From the IMG/VR virus record IMGVR_UViG_2711768058_000003: 6,787 bases of DNA. The stretch is one strand, 5' to 3'. The notes under the pieces were generated by a model. The model did not search any database. It was not told where the DNA came from and saw only the letters and a program-made list of their open reading frames with translations. The translations under genes and the position numbers were made by a program. This DNA is from a virus. Taxonomy: Duplodnaviria > Heunggongvirae > Uroviricota > Caudoviricetes. This document shows positions 1 through 6,594 of this stretch, piece after piece (the first letter of the stretch is position 1; every line of letters starts with the position of its first letter).

Positions 1-1
1 G

Positions 2-445
2 ATCGAAACCCTGCTGGACTTTTCGGGGCTGGAGGACATCAGCCGCGATTTGCAGCTTCTGAGTGGTGCGGAAAATAACCGGGTGCTGCGTGAGGCAACC
101 CGTGCGGGTGCGAATGTGCTGAAAGAAGAAGTGGTGTCACGGGCACCGGTACGCAGGGGAAAACTGCGCCGTAATGTGGTGGTCCTTTCCCGGCGCTCCC
201 GCGATGGCGGGATGGAATCCGGTGTCCATATCCGTGGTGTTAATCCGGACACCGGTAACAGCGATAACACCATGAAGGCGGATAACCCGCGCAATGCTTT
301 CTACTGGCGGTTTGTGGAAATGGGTACCGTGAATATGCCACCGCACCCGTTTGTGCGTCCGGCGTTTGATGTGCGCAGTGAACAGGCAGCGCAGGTGGCG
401 ATTGCTCGGATGAACCGGGCCATTGATGAGGTACTGAGACGATGA
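2..445 (+). CDS. Tail completion / neck protein, HK97 gp10-like family (5' partial; frame is open from the first base of the window, and the TTG at 50 in the ORF track is probably not the true start)
   Basis: Reading frame is open from nt 2 to TGA at 443-445. The C-terminal part (FYWRFVEMGT...PPHPFVRPAFD) resembles the HK97 gp10 family as I recall it. It sits two genes upstream of the major tail gene, and its stop overlaps the next start (ATGA at 442-445). Confidence 0.6.
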   Translation: METLLDFSGLEDISRDLQLLSGAENNRVLREATRAGANVLKEEVVSRAPVRRGKLRRNVVVLSRRSRDGGMESGVHIRGVNPDTGNSDNTMKADNPRNAFYWRFVEMGTVNMPPHPFVRPAFDVRSEQAAQVAIARMNRAIDEVLRR

Positions 446-786
446 CGGAGGCGGATTTGTATCCTCATCTGGCGCATCTTGCCGGCGGGCAGGTGTACCC
501 GTATGTGGTCCCCCTGCTGGATGGCAGGCCGTTGGTGGCGCTTCCGTGGGTGGTTTTCAGCCTGATTTCATCGGTGTCAGCGGACGTGATGGGCGGGCAG
601 GCGGAGTCCTCAGTGTCGGTGCAGATAGACGTTTATGCCGGGACTGTGACGCAGGCGCGTCAGATACGTCAGGACGCCCGTGAAGCCATAATGCTGCTGG
701 CCCCGGGATCCGTCAGTGAAATGCAGGACTATATTCCGGAAAACCGCTGTTACCGTGCAACCCTGGAGTTTCAGGTCACGGTGTGA
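442..786 (+). CDS. Small tail terminator-like protein (functional analogue of lambda gpU; likely DUF3168-type), 114 aa
   Basis: ATG at 442 overlaps the upstream stop (ATGA), suggesting translational coupling. Size and position immediately before the major tail gene fit the usual neck / gp10-like / terminator / major-tail order. No detectable similarity to lambda U itself from memory, so the family assignment is tentative. Confidence 0.5.
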   Translation: MTEADLYPHLAHLAGGQVYPYVVPLLDGRPLVALPWVVFSLISSVSADVMGGQAESSVSVQIDVYAGTVTQARQIRQDAREAIMLLAPGSVSEMQDYIPENRCYRATLEFQVTV

Positions 787-812
787 CTTTTTCTTTTTTT
801 CTACAAAACCAT

Positions 813-838
813 ACCCCGCCGCGTGCGGGTTTTTTATT
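813..838 (+). terminator. Intrinsic-terminator-like hairpin: stem CCCGC (815-819) / GCGGG (825-829), loop CGCGT, followed by TTTTTTATTAT
   Basis: Seen directly: GC-rich 5-bp stem (6 bp if A813-T830 pairs), 5-nt loop, then a T-run at 830-836. It lies in the 65-nt gap between the terminator-like gene and the major tail gene. Confidence 0.4.
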
Positions 839-841
839 ATC

Positions 842-848
842 AGGAGGC
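842..848 (+). promoter_or_regulatory. Shine-Dalgarno AGGAGG for the major tail protein gene
   Basis: AGGAGG at 842-847 lies 4 nt upstream of ATG 852; it is the strongest SD in the window, consistent with the most abundant tail protein. Confidence 0.7.
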
Positions 849-851
849 AGA

Positions 852-1568
852 ATGTCTGCTTTGTATGAACGCTCACAGCTGACGCAGGTGATGATTTCAT
901 CTGCCCCGGCGACTGCTGAAACTATGGATAAGGCGGAATATCTGCGCCTGGACTGCACCATCAAGGAAGTCCAGTTCACCGCCGGTCAGAAACAGGATAT
1001 TGATGTGACCACGCTCTGCTCCACAGAGCAGGAGAGCATCAACGGTCTGGGGGCGTCGTCTGAGATTTCCATGTCGGGTAATTTTTATCTGAATCAGGCC
1101 CAGAACGCCCTGCGTGATGCCTATGACAATGACGCGTTGTATGCGTTTAAGGTGCTGTTTCCGTCCGGTAAGGGCTTTAAATTCCTGGCGGAAGTGCGTC
1201 AGCACACCTGGTCATCCGGTACCAACGGTGTGGTGGCTGCAACGTTCTCACTGCGTCTGAAAGGCAAACCGGTGTCCTTTGTGGTACCGCTGGCGTTTGT
1301 GAAAAATCTGGATAAGACACTTACCGTGAATACCGGTGCGCTGCTGACAATGTCAGTCAGTGCCAACGGGGGAATGCCGCCGTATAAATACGCCTGGAAG
1401 AAGGATGGTCAGCCGGTTGACGGGCAGACGACAGACACCTTCAGTAAGCCAGGTGCGCAGTCCGCTGATGCGGGGAAATATACCTGCGTGGTGACCGATT
1501 CGGCAGAGAAAGCACAGAGTGTGACGTCTGTTGAATGCACCGTGACAGTGAGCGCAGCCGCCGGATAA
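852..1568 (+). CDS. Major tail tube protein with C-terminal Ig-like (I-set-type) domain, 238 aa
   Basis: ATG 852 follows a perfect AGGAGG SD; stop TAA 1566-1568. The C-terminal ~85 aa carry an Ig-like signature (YKYAWKKDGQ ... ADAGKYTCVVTD, i.e. W-x-K-D-G and D-x-G-x-Y-x-C motifs). Position directly upstream of the G/T chaperone pair and tape measure gene. The ORF-track start at 783 is an upstream in-frame ATG with no SD that overlaps the terminator hairpin. Confidence 0.85.
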   Translation: MSALYERSQLTQVMISSAPATAETMDKAEYLRLDCTIKEVQFTAGQKQDIDVTTLCSTEQESINGLGASSEISMSGNFYLNQAQNALRDAYDNDALYAFKVLFPSGKGFKFLAEVRQHTWSSGTNGVVAATFSLRLKGKPVSFVVPLAFVKNLDKTLTVNTGALLTMSVSANGGMPPYKYAWKKDGQPVDGQTTDTFSKPGAQSADAGKYTCVVTDSAEKAQSVTSVECTVTVSAAAG

Positions 1569-1582
1569 GGGGATGGGTCATC

Positions 1583-1957
1583 ATGAAAAAGGATCTGAAA
1601 ACGCTGGCGCTGGCCAGACTGTCAGGGTTTCGTCATAAAACGGTGAAGGTGCCGGAATGGGGGAATGTCAGCGTGGTGCTGCGGGAGCCTTCGGCAGAGG
1701 CCTGGTATCTGTGGCAGGAAGTGCTCAATGGTGATGGAGAGGATGACGATACCCTGTCGGTGGTGGCGAAAACCCGCCGTAACCTGGAAGCGGATGTGAC
1801 GCTGTTCTGCGATGTCCTGTGTGATACGGACCTGCAGCGGGTGTTCACTCCGGACGACCGTGAGCAGGTGCTGGCCGTCTATGGTCCGGTACATGCCCGG
1901 TTGCTGCGTCAGGCACTGGAACTGATCGCTGATGCAGAGTCGGCCAGAAAAAAGTAG
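1583..1957 (+). CDS. G: Tail assembly chaperone, lambda G-like, 124 aa
   Basis: ATG 1583 is preceded by AAGGGGA (1568-1574). The ORF ends in the slippery heptamer A AAA AAG followed by TAG. Acidic small protein immediately upstream of the tape measure gene, the canonical G position. The ORF-track start at 1535 overlaps the major tail gene and lacks an SD. Confidence 0.8.
   Translation: MKKDLKTLALARLSGFRHKTVKVPEWGNVSVVLREPSAEAWYLWQEVLNGDGEDDDTLSVVAKTRRNLEADVTLFCDVLCDTDLQRVFTPDDREQVLAVYGPVHARLLRQALELIADAESARKK
1948..1954 (+). promoter_or_regulatory. Programmed -1 ribosomal frameshift slippery heptamer A_AAA_AAG (G-T fusion site)
   Basis: Zero-frame codons are AGA AAA AAG TAG (1946-1957). The -1 frame is open from 1933 through 2262, with no stop between the slip site and the ATG at 1981. 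The X_XXY_YYZ heptamer is the same as the classical dnaX-type site. Confidence 0.75.
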
Positions 1958-2262
1958 CCCGCCAGGAAATTCGCTTTCTGATGCGACTTGCGCTCCGTCT
2001 GGGGCGCACCTTATCCGAACTGCGCCACAGCCTGAGTGCGAGCGAGGCGATGATGTGGATGGAGTTCGACAGGATATCCCCGCTGGGTGATGAGCGCGGG
2101 GATATCCGTAATGCACAGATCGTGAAAGCGGTTTTCGGGGCACAGGGGATGAATGTTGCACTGAAGGACGTCATGCTCTGCTGGGGCGAGGATGAGGATA
2201 AGCCGGAGGTGGATCCGTTTGCGGCGCTGGAAGACGCGCTGAGCTTTGCAGCACAGTCATGA
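1954..2262 (+). CDS. T: Tail assembly chaperone T-like segment, expressed as a G-T fusion by -1 frameshift (fusion spans 1583..2262, roughly 226 aa); the ORF-track ATG at 1981 is probably not used independently
   Basis: Frame continuity across the slip site was checked codon by codon. Stop TGA at 2260-2262. The conserved G/T frameshift arrangement upstream of the tape measure gene is established for lambda and most long-tailed phages. Confidence 0.75.
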   Translation, partial: VARQEIRFLMRLALRLGRTLSELRHSLSASEAMMWMEFDRISPLGDERGDIRNAQIVKAVFGAQGMNVALKDVMLCWGEDEDKPEVDPFAALEDALSFAAQS

Positions 2263-2267
2263 ATGAT

Positions 2268-2292
2268 GAGAACCGCTGAGGCGGTTTTTTTA
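2268..2292 (+). terminator. Intrinsic-terminator-like hairpin between T and tape measure gene: stem AACCGC (2271-2276) / GCGGTT (2281-2286), loop TGAG, then a T-run to 2291
   Basis: Seen directly: perfect 6-bp stem (extendable to about 9 bp with G-U pairs), tetraloop, and seven consecutive T (2285-2291). It lies in the 47-nt gap 6 nt after the T stop codon. Confidence 0.45.
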
Positions 2293-2309
2293 CGCCCGGA
2301 GAAAGGTGA

Positions 2310-5300
2310 ATGGCGACGTTACGTGAACTGATTATCAAAATTTCGGCAAATTCACAGTCATTCCAGTCGGAGATCCAGCGGGCGTCCCGTATGGGCAGTG
2401 AATATTACCGGACCCTGCAGAATGGCGGACGTCATGCCGCTGCTGCCGCACGGGAACAGCGCCGCGCCCTTGCAGAACTGAACAGTCAGTTGACGGAAAT
2501 TCGCGGTTCTGCTGTCGGAATGGCTGGCGCATTTGCCGGTGCCTTTGCCACCGGACACCTGATTTCGCTGGCCGATGAGTGGGGTTCCGTGAATGCCCGT
2601 CTGAAACAGGCATCTCAGTCATCGGATGAATTCTCGTCATCACAGAAAGTGCTGATGGATATCAGTCAGCGAACAGGTACCGCGTTTTCGGATAATGCGG
2701 CCCTGTTTGCCCGTTCGGCTGCCTCGATGCGTGAATATGGTTACAGTGCTGATGATGTGCTGAAGGTGACGGAGGCCATTTCGACAGGACTGAAACTGTC
2801 AGGGGCTGGAGTTGCGGAATCCGGTTCGGTGATCACCCAGTTCAGCCAGGCACTGGCACAGGGTGTACTGCGTGGCGAAGAATTTAATGCTGTTAACGAA
2901 AATGGCGACCGGGTGATCCGCGCGCTTGCTGCGGGGATGGGTGTGGCCCGTAAAGATCTGAAGGCAATGGCGGATGACGGAAAACTGACAGCGGATAAAG
3001 TGGTCCCTGCGTTAATCAGCCAGCTGGGGATATTACGTGATGAATATGCGGCCATGCCGGAAACGGTTTCCGGTAGTATCACGAAGGTGGAAAACGCCTT
3101 TATGGCCTGGGTGGGCGGAGTGAATGAGGCCTGCGGGGTGACAAAAACGCTCTCCGGCGTGCTGAACGGTGTTGCCGGACAGATTGATAATGTGGCAACA
3201 GCTGTGGGGGCGCTGGTTGCCGTCGGGGTTGCCCGGTACTTTGGCAATATGGCCTCCGGAGCGATGTCTGCCACGGCAGGACTTGTGACGGCTGCACGTA
3301 ATGAAGTTGCACTGGCGGAAGCACAGTTCAGGGGAACGCAGATTGCCACGGCGCGGGCAAGGGCAGCCGTGTACCGTGCTCAGCAGGCCGTGGCGGCAGC
3401 CCGCGGGACGGAGATGCAGATTGCTGCAGAGGCCCGTCTGGCGGCCACACAGGAACGCCTGAACAGAAATATTGCTGCCAGAAGCGCCGCCCAGAATGCG
3501 CTGAACAGTACAACGGCGGTGGGCTCACGTCTGATGAGCGGTGCGCTGGGGCTGGTTGGTGGCGTACCCGGACTGGTGATGCTGGGGGCTGCAGCATGGT
3601 ACACGCTGTACCAGAATCAGGAGCAGGCCAGGGAGTCTGCGCGCCAGTATGCACTGACGATAGATGAAATCGTGCATAAAACGCCGTCAATGTCTTTGCC
3701 TGAAGCCTCAGATAATGAAGGACGAACACGGGCGGCGCTGACAGAGCAGAACCGGCTGATTGATGAACAGGCTAGTCGGGTGAAATCCCTGCAGGAAAAA
3801 ATCGCAGGATATCAGTATGTTCTGGCGAACCCGGGCTGGACGACCGGTGACGGATTCATGATAAACCATCTGACCTCGGTGAAGACCGTAACGGAAGGGC
3901 TTGCTCAGGCAACAGAGCAGCTTGCCGTTGAGCAGTCCCGTCTGGCACTGATGCAGGAAAAAGCGCAGTCCATTCAGGATGTGCTTGCCGGGCTGGAAGA
4001 CCGTCGTGTGGCGTTAATTCGTCAGCAGGCGGCAGAGCAGAATAAGGTGTACCAGTCCATGCTGGTTATGAACGGTCAGCATACGGAATTCAACCGTCTG
4101 CTGGGGCTGGGTAATGAACTGCTTCAGCAGCGGCAGGGACTGGTGAATGTGCCGTTACGGCTGCCACAGGCCACTCTGGATGATAAACAGCAGAGTGCCC
4201 TGACAAAAACAGAGCGTGAGCTGGCCCTGTCCAGACTGAAAGGGGAAGAAAAAGAGCGTGTCCGACTGGGGTATGCGGCGGATGACCTCGGTTTTGTGGG
4301 TGATCCGTATCAGGAGGCGAGACAACGTTATATCAGTAATGCCCTGGAAGCCTGGCGCAATAACGAGGCGAATAAACCCAAATCCCGGGGTGGAAAATCA
4401 GAGACGGAAAAAGCGGAAGACAGTTTTTCCCGGCTGCTGAAGCAGCAGAAAGAGCAACTGGCACTGGCGGGGCAGAATACAGAGCTGGCGAAGCTGAAAT
4501 ACCAGACTGCGCAGGGCGAACTGAAAACCCTGACGGAGATGCAGAAGCAGGAACTGCTGCGCAATGCGGCCCTGATTGACCAGCAAAAAATCCGGGAGCA
4601 GTTGCGGTCCCGGGAAGAGACCCTGAAGAATGATAATGTGGCTGCGCGTGCATCAAATGAAGCGGAACTGCTGGGGTACGGGCAGGGAGAGCGGCTCCGT
4701 GAACGCATGCGGGAGTTGCAGCAGATCCGCGACAGTTTCCGCCAGAAGGATGCGGACCTTCAGTCTCAGTATCAGACCGGGGATATCAGTGAGGATTTTT
4801 ACAGACAGGCTCTGGCACAGAACGCGCAGTATCTGAGTGAACGTCTGAAAGAGCAGGAAGCCTTTTATGCCGAATCGGATGTGCAGCGTGCGGACTGGCA
4901 TAAAGGGCTGCAGGAGGGATTCAGTAACTGGGTGGATAATGCGTCCGATTACGCCTCACAGGCAGCACAGCTTGCGACGGAGGGTATCTCAGGGATGGTG
5001 AATAACATCACGGAGATGCTGAACGGAAATAAAGTGGAATGGCGCAGCTGGGCCTCATCAGTGCTGCAGGAAATATCAAAAGTTCTTATGAATGCCGCGA
5101 TTGTCAACGGGATCAAGACGGCGGCAAACAGTATGTCCGGAGCGGGAGGATTTATCGGCAGTATTGGTAGCTGGCTGGGCGGTGCGGTGGCCAATGCAAA
5201 AGGCGGTGTGTATACCTCGGCAAACCTGAGTGCGTACAGCAACAGTATTGTGGATACGCCCACGTACTTTGCCTTTGCAAAAGGGGCGGGACTGATGGGG

Positions 5301-5552
5301 GAGGCCGGTCCTGAAGCCATTATGCCCCTGACCCGGGCGGCGGATGGCTCGCTGGGTGTGCGAGCGGTGGGCAGTATGAACGGCAGTGCAGGTCTGGTGT
5401 ATTCCCCGGTCTACCATATCGCCATTCAGAATGACGGGACTAATGGCCAGATAGGTCCGGAAGCTGCGGGCAGCCTTGTGCAACTGATTGACCAGCGGGT
5501 GCAGTCGGTGATGCTGTCCATGCGACGTGACGGAGGAATGCTGAGTGGCTGA
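2310..5552 (+). CDS. H: Tail tape measure protein, lambda gpH family, 1080 aa
   Basis: ATG 2310 is preceded by GGAGAAAGGTGA. It is the longest ORF in the window and follows the G/T pair. The C-terminal region (NDGTNGQIGPEA ... MRRDGGMLSG) closely matches the lambda gpH C-terminus as I recall it (NNDGTNGQIGPAA ... MRDGGLFSGGGR). The central part is rich in Q/E/R/L coiled-coil-like sequence and includes Gly/Ala-rich hydrophobic segments. Confidence 0.95.
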   Translation: MATLRELIIKISANSQSFQSEIQRASRMGSEYYRTLQNGGRHAAAAAREQRRALAELNSQLTEIRGSAVGMAGAFAGAFATGHLISLADEWGSVNARLKQASQSSDEFSSSQKVLMDISQRTGTAFSDNAALFARSAASMREYGYSADDVLKVTEAISTGLKLSGAGVAESGSVITQFSQALAQGVLRGEEFNAVNENGDRVIRALAAGMGVARKDLKAMADDGKLTADKVVPALISQLGILRDEYAAMPETVSGSITKVENAFMAWVGGVNEACGVTKTLSGVLNGVAGQIDNVATAVGALVAVGVARYFGNMASGAMSATAGLVTAARNEVALAEAQFRGTQIATARARAAVYRAQQAVAAARGTEMQIAAEARLAATQERLNRNIAARSAAQNALNSTTAVGSRLMSGALGLVGGVPGLVMLGAAAWYTLYQNQEQARESARQYALTIDEIVHKTPSMSLPEASDNEGRTRAALTEQNRLIDEQASRVKSLQEKIAGYQYVLANPGWTTGDGFMINHLTSVKTVTEGLAQATEQLAVEQSRLALMQEKAQSIQDVLAGLEDRRVALIRQQAAEQNKVYQSMLVMNGQHTEFNRLLGLGNELLQQRQGLVNVPLRLPQATLDDKQQSALTKTERELALSRLKGEEKERVRLGYAADDLGFVGDPYQEARQRYISNALEAWRNNEANKPKSRGGKSETEKAEDSFSRLLKQQKEQLALAGQNTELAKLKYQTAQGELKTLTEMQKQELLRNAALIDQQKIREQLRSREETLKNDNVAARASNEAELLGYGQGERLRERMRELQQIRDSFRQKDADLQSQYQTGDISEDFYRQALAQNAQYLSERLKEQEAFYAESDVQRADWHKGLQEGFSNWVDNASDYASQAAQLATEGISGMVNNITEMLNGNKVEWRSWASSVLQEISKVLMNAAIVNGIKTAANSMSGAGGFIGSIGSWLGGAVANAKGGVYTSANLSAYSNSIVDTPTYFAFAKGAGLMGEAGPEAIMPLTRAADGSLGVRAVGSMNGSAGLVYSPVYHIAIQNDGTNGQIGPEAAGSLVQLIDQRVQSVMLSMRRDGGMLSG

Positions 5553-5886
5553 GATAAAAACGCTGCATCTGGTACCGCGTGAAGGGATGCAGGTGAGTGA
5601 GAAACCGTCGGTGGCGAGGGTACGGTTTGGTGACGGTTATGAACAGCGCCGCCCGACGGGACTTAATGCCCGACTGAAGACGTTTCAGGCGGTGTTCCGG
5701 GTGACGGATGAGGCGACCCGGCGATGGCTGGAAGAGTTTTTATCGTGGCATGGTGGTTACCGTGCCTTTTTGTGGCGACCGCCGAAACATAACCGGACGG
5801 TGAGGGTGGTATGCCGGGAGTGGAGCGTCACAGATAACGCCAGGTACAGTGATTTCAGTTGTACGATTGAGCAGGTGGTGAACTGA
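5545..5886 (+). CDS. M: Minor tail (tip) protein, lambda gpM family, 113 aa; GTG start
   Basis: GTG at 5545 is preceded by GGAGGA (5532-5537) and overlaps the tape measure stop (5550-5552). The protein (VRFGDGYEQRRPTGLNARLKT ... FLWRPP ... EQVVN) matches lambda gpM as I recall it (VRFGDGYSQRAPAGLNANLKT ... FLWTPP ... EQVVN). An in-frame ATG at 5587 is an alternative start. Confidence 0.9.
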   Translation: MAEIKTLHLVPREGMQVSEKPSVARVRFGDGYEQRRPTGLNARLKTFQAVFRVTDEATRRWLEEFLSWHGGYRAFLWRPPKHNRTVRVVCREWSVTDNARYSDFSCTIEQVVN

Positions 5887-6584
5887 TGCAGGATATTCAC
5901 GAAGAAAGTCTGAACGAGTCGGTTAAATCAGAGCAGTCACCGCGGGTGGTACTCTGGGAAATCGACCTGACGGTACAGGGCGGTGAGCGGTATTTTTTCT
6001 GTAATGAGCTGAATGAAAAAGGGGAGCCGGTCACCTGGCAGGGGCGTAAGTATGAGGCGTACCCGATTGATGGCAGCGGCTTTGAAATGAACGGGAAAGG
6101 CAGCAGTGCCAGACCGTCGCTGACGGTGTCCAATCTGTTCGGCCTTGTCACCGGGATGGCGGAAGACCTGCAGAGTCTGGTGGGGGCCACGGTGGTCCGC
6201 CGCCGGGTGTATGCCCGTTTTCTGGATGCGGTGAATTTTGTGGCGGGCAATCCGGAAGCGGACCCGGAGCAGGAGCTGAGTGACCGCTGGGTGGTGGAGC
6301 AGATGTCGCAGCTGACAGCCATGACGGCCTCGTTTGTGCTGGCCACACCGACCGAGACGGACGGGGCGCTGTTTCCCGGTCGTATCATGCTGGCGAACAC
6401 CTGTATGTGGACCTACCGCACTGATGAGTGTGGTTACACGGGCGGGGCTGTGGCGGATGAGTTCGATAAACCCACCACGGATATCCGTAAGGACAGATGC
6501 AGCAAGTGCATGCGCGGGTGTGAACTGCGCAGGAATGTCGGCAATTTTGGCGGTTTCCTTTCCATTAATAAACTTTCGCAGTAA
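5886..6584 (+). CDS. L: Minor tail (tip) protein, lambda gpL family, 232 aa, with C-terminal cysteine cluster
   Basis: ATG 5886 overlaps the M stop (TGATG). Near-colinear similarity to lambda gpL from memory (MQDI ... VVLWEIDLT ... GGERYFFCNE ... NEKGEPVTWQGR ... VGNFGGFLSINKLSQ), and the same length as lambda L (232 aa). Confidence 0.95.
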   Translation: MQDIHEESLNESVKSEQSPRVVLWEIDLTVQGGERYFFCNELNEKGEPVTWQGRKYEAYPIDGSGFEMNGKGSSARPSLTVSNLFGLVTGMAEDLQSLVGATVVRRRVYARFLDAVNFVAGNPEADPEQELSDRWVVEQMSQLTAMTASFVLATPTETDGALFPGRIMLANTCMWTYRTDECGYTGGAVADEFDKPTTDIRKDRCSKCMRGCELRRNVGNFGGFLSINKLSQ

Positions 6585-6594
6585 ATCCCGGTTT

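Noticed and set aside
783-851. Upstream ATG at 783 as start of the major tail protein (ORF-track start)
   Set aside because: It would begin 3 nt before the upstream stop with no SD and translate through the hairpin and T-run as a hydrophobic leader (MTFSFFLQNHT...). ATG 852 has a perfect AGGAGG SD at the right spacing.
610-1205. Minus-strand ORFs 610-900, 776-979 and 897-1205
   Set aside because: They overlap the terminator-like and major tail genes in antisense and would span the intergenic hairpin. There are no recognisable motifs; they are most likely chance ORFs.
1535-1582. Upstream ATG at 1535 as start of the G-like chaperone
   Set aside because: It overlaps the last 34 nt of the major tail gene and has no SD, whereas ATG 1583 is preceded by AAGGGGA. 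It cannot be fully excluded, since lambda G is 140 aa, which is the length this start would give.
1622-2174. Minus-strand ORFs of 179, 109 and 71 aa overlapping the G/T chaperone region
   Set aside because: Antisense to the G and T reading frames, which are supported by synteny and the frameshift site; no start context, low-complexity translations.
2741-3349. 202-aa ORF on the minus strand (Ala/Ser/Thr/Pro-rich), plus neighbouring minus-strand ORFs at 3100-3324, 3328-3729 and 3380-3604
   Set aside because: They lie wholly antisense to the confidently identified tape measure gene and have low-complexity composition typical of antisense shadows of GC-rich coding sequence. No SD or other start context was seen and there is no recognisable protein family.
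4258-4836. Short plus-strand ORFs (60 and 68 aa) in alternative frames inside the tape measure gene
   Set aside because: Embedded out of frame in a long, well-supported gene; no SD, and the translations are basic and low-complexity. Not credible as genes without expression data.
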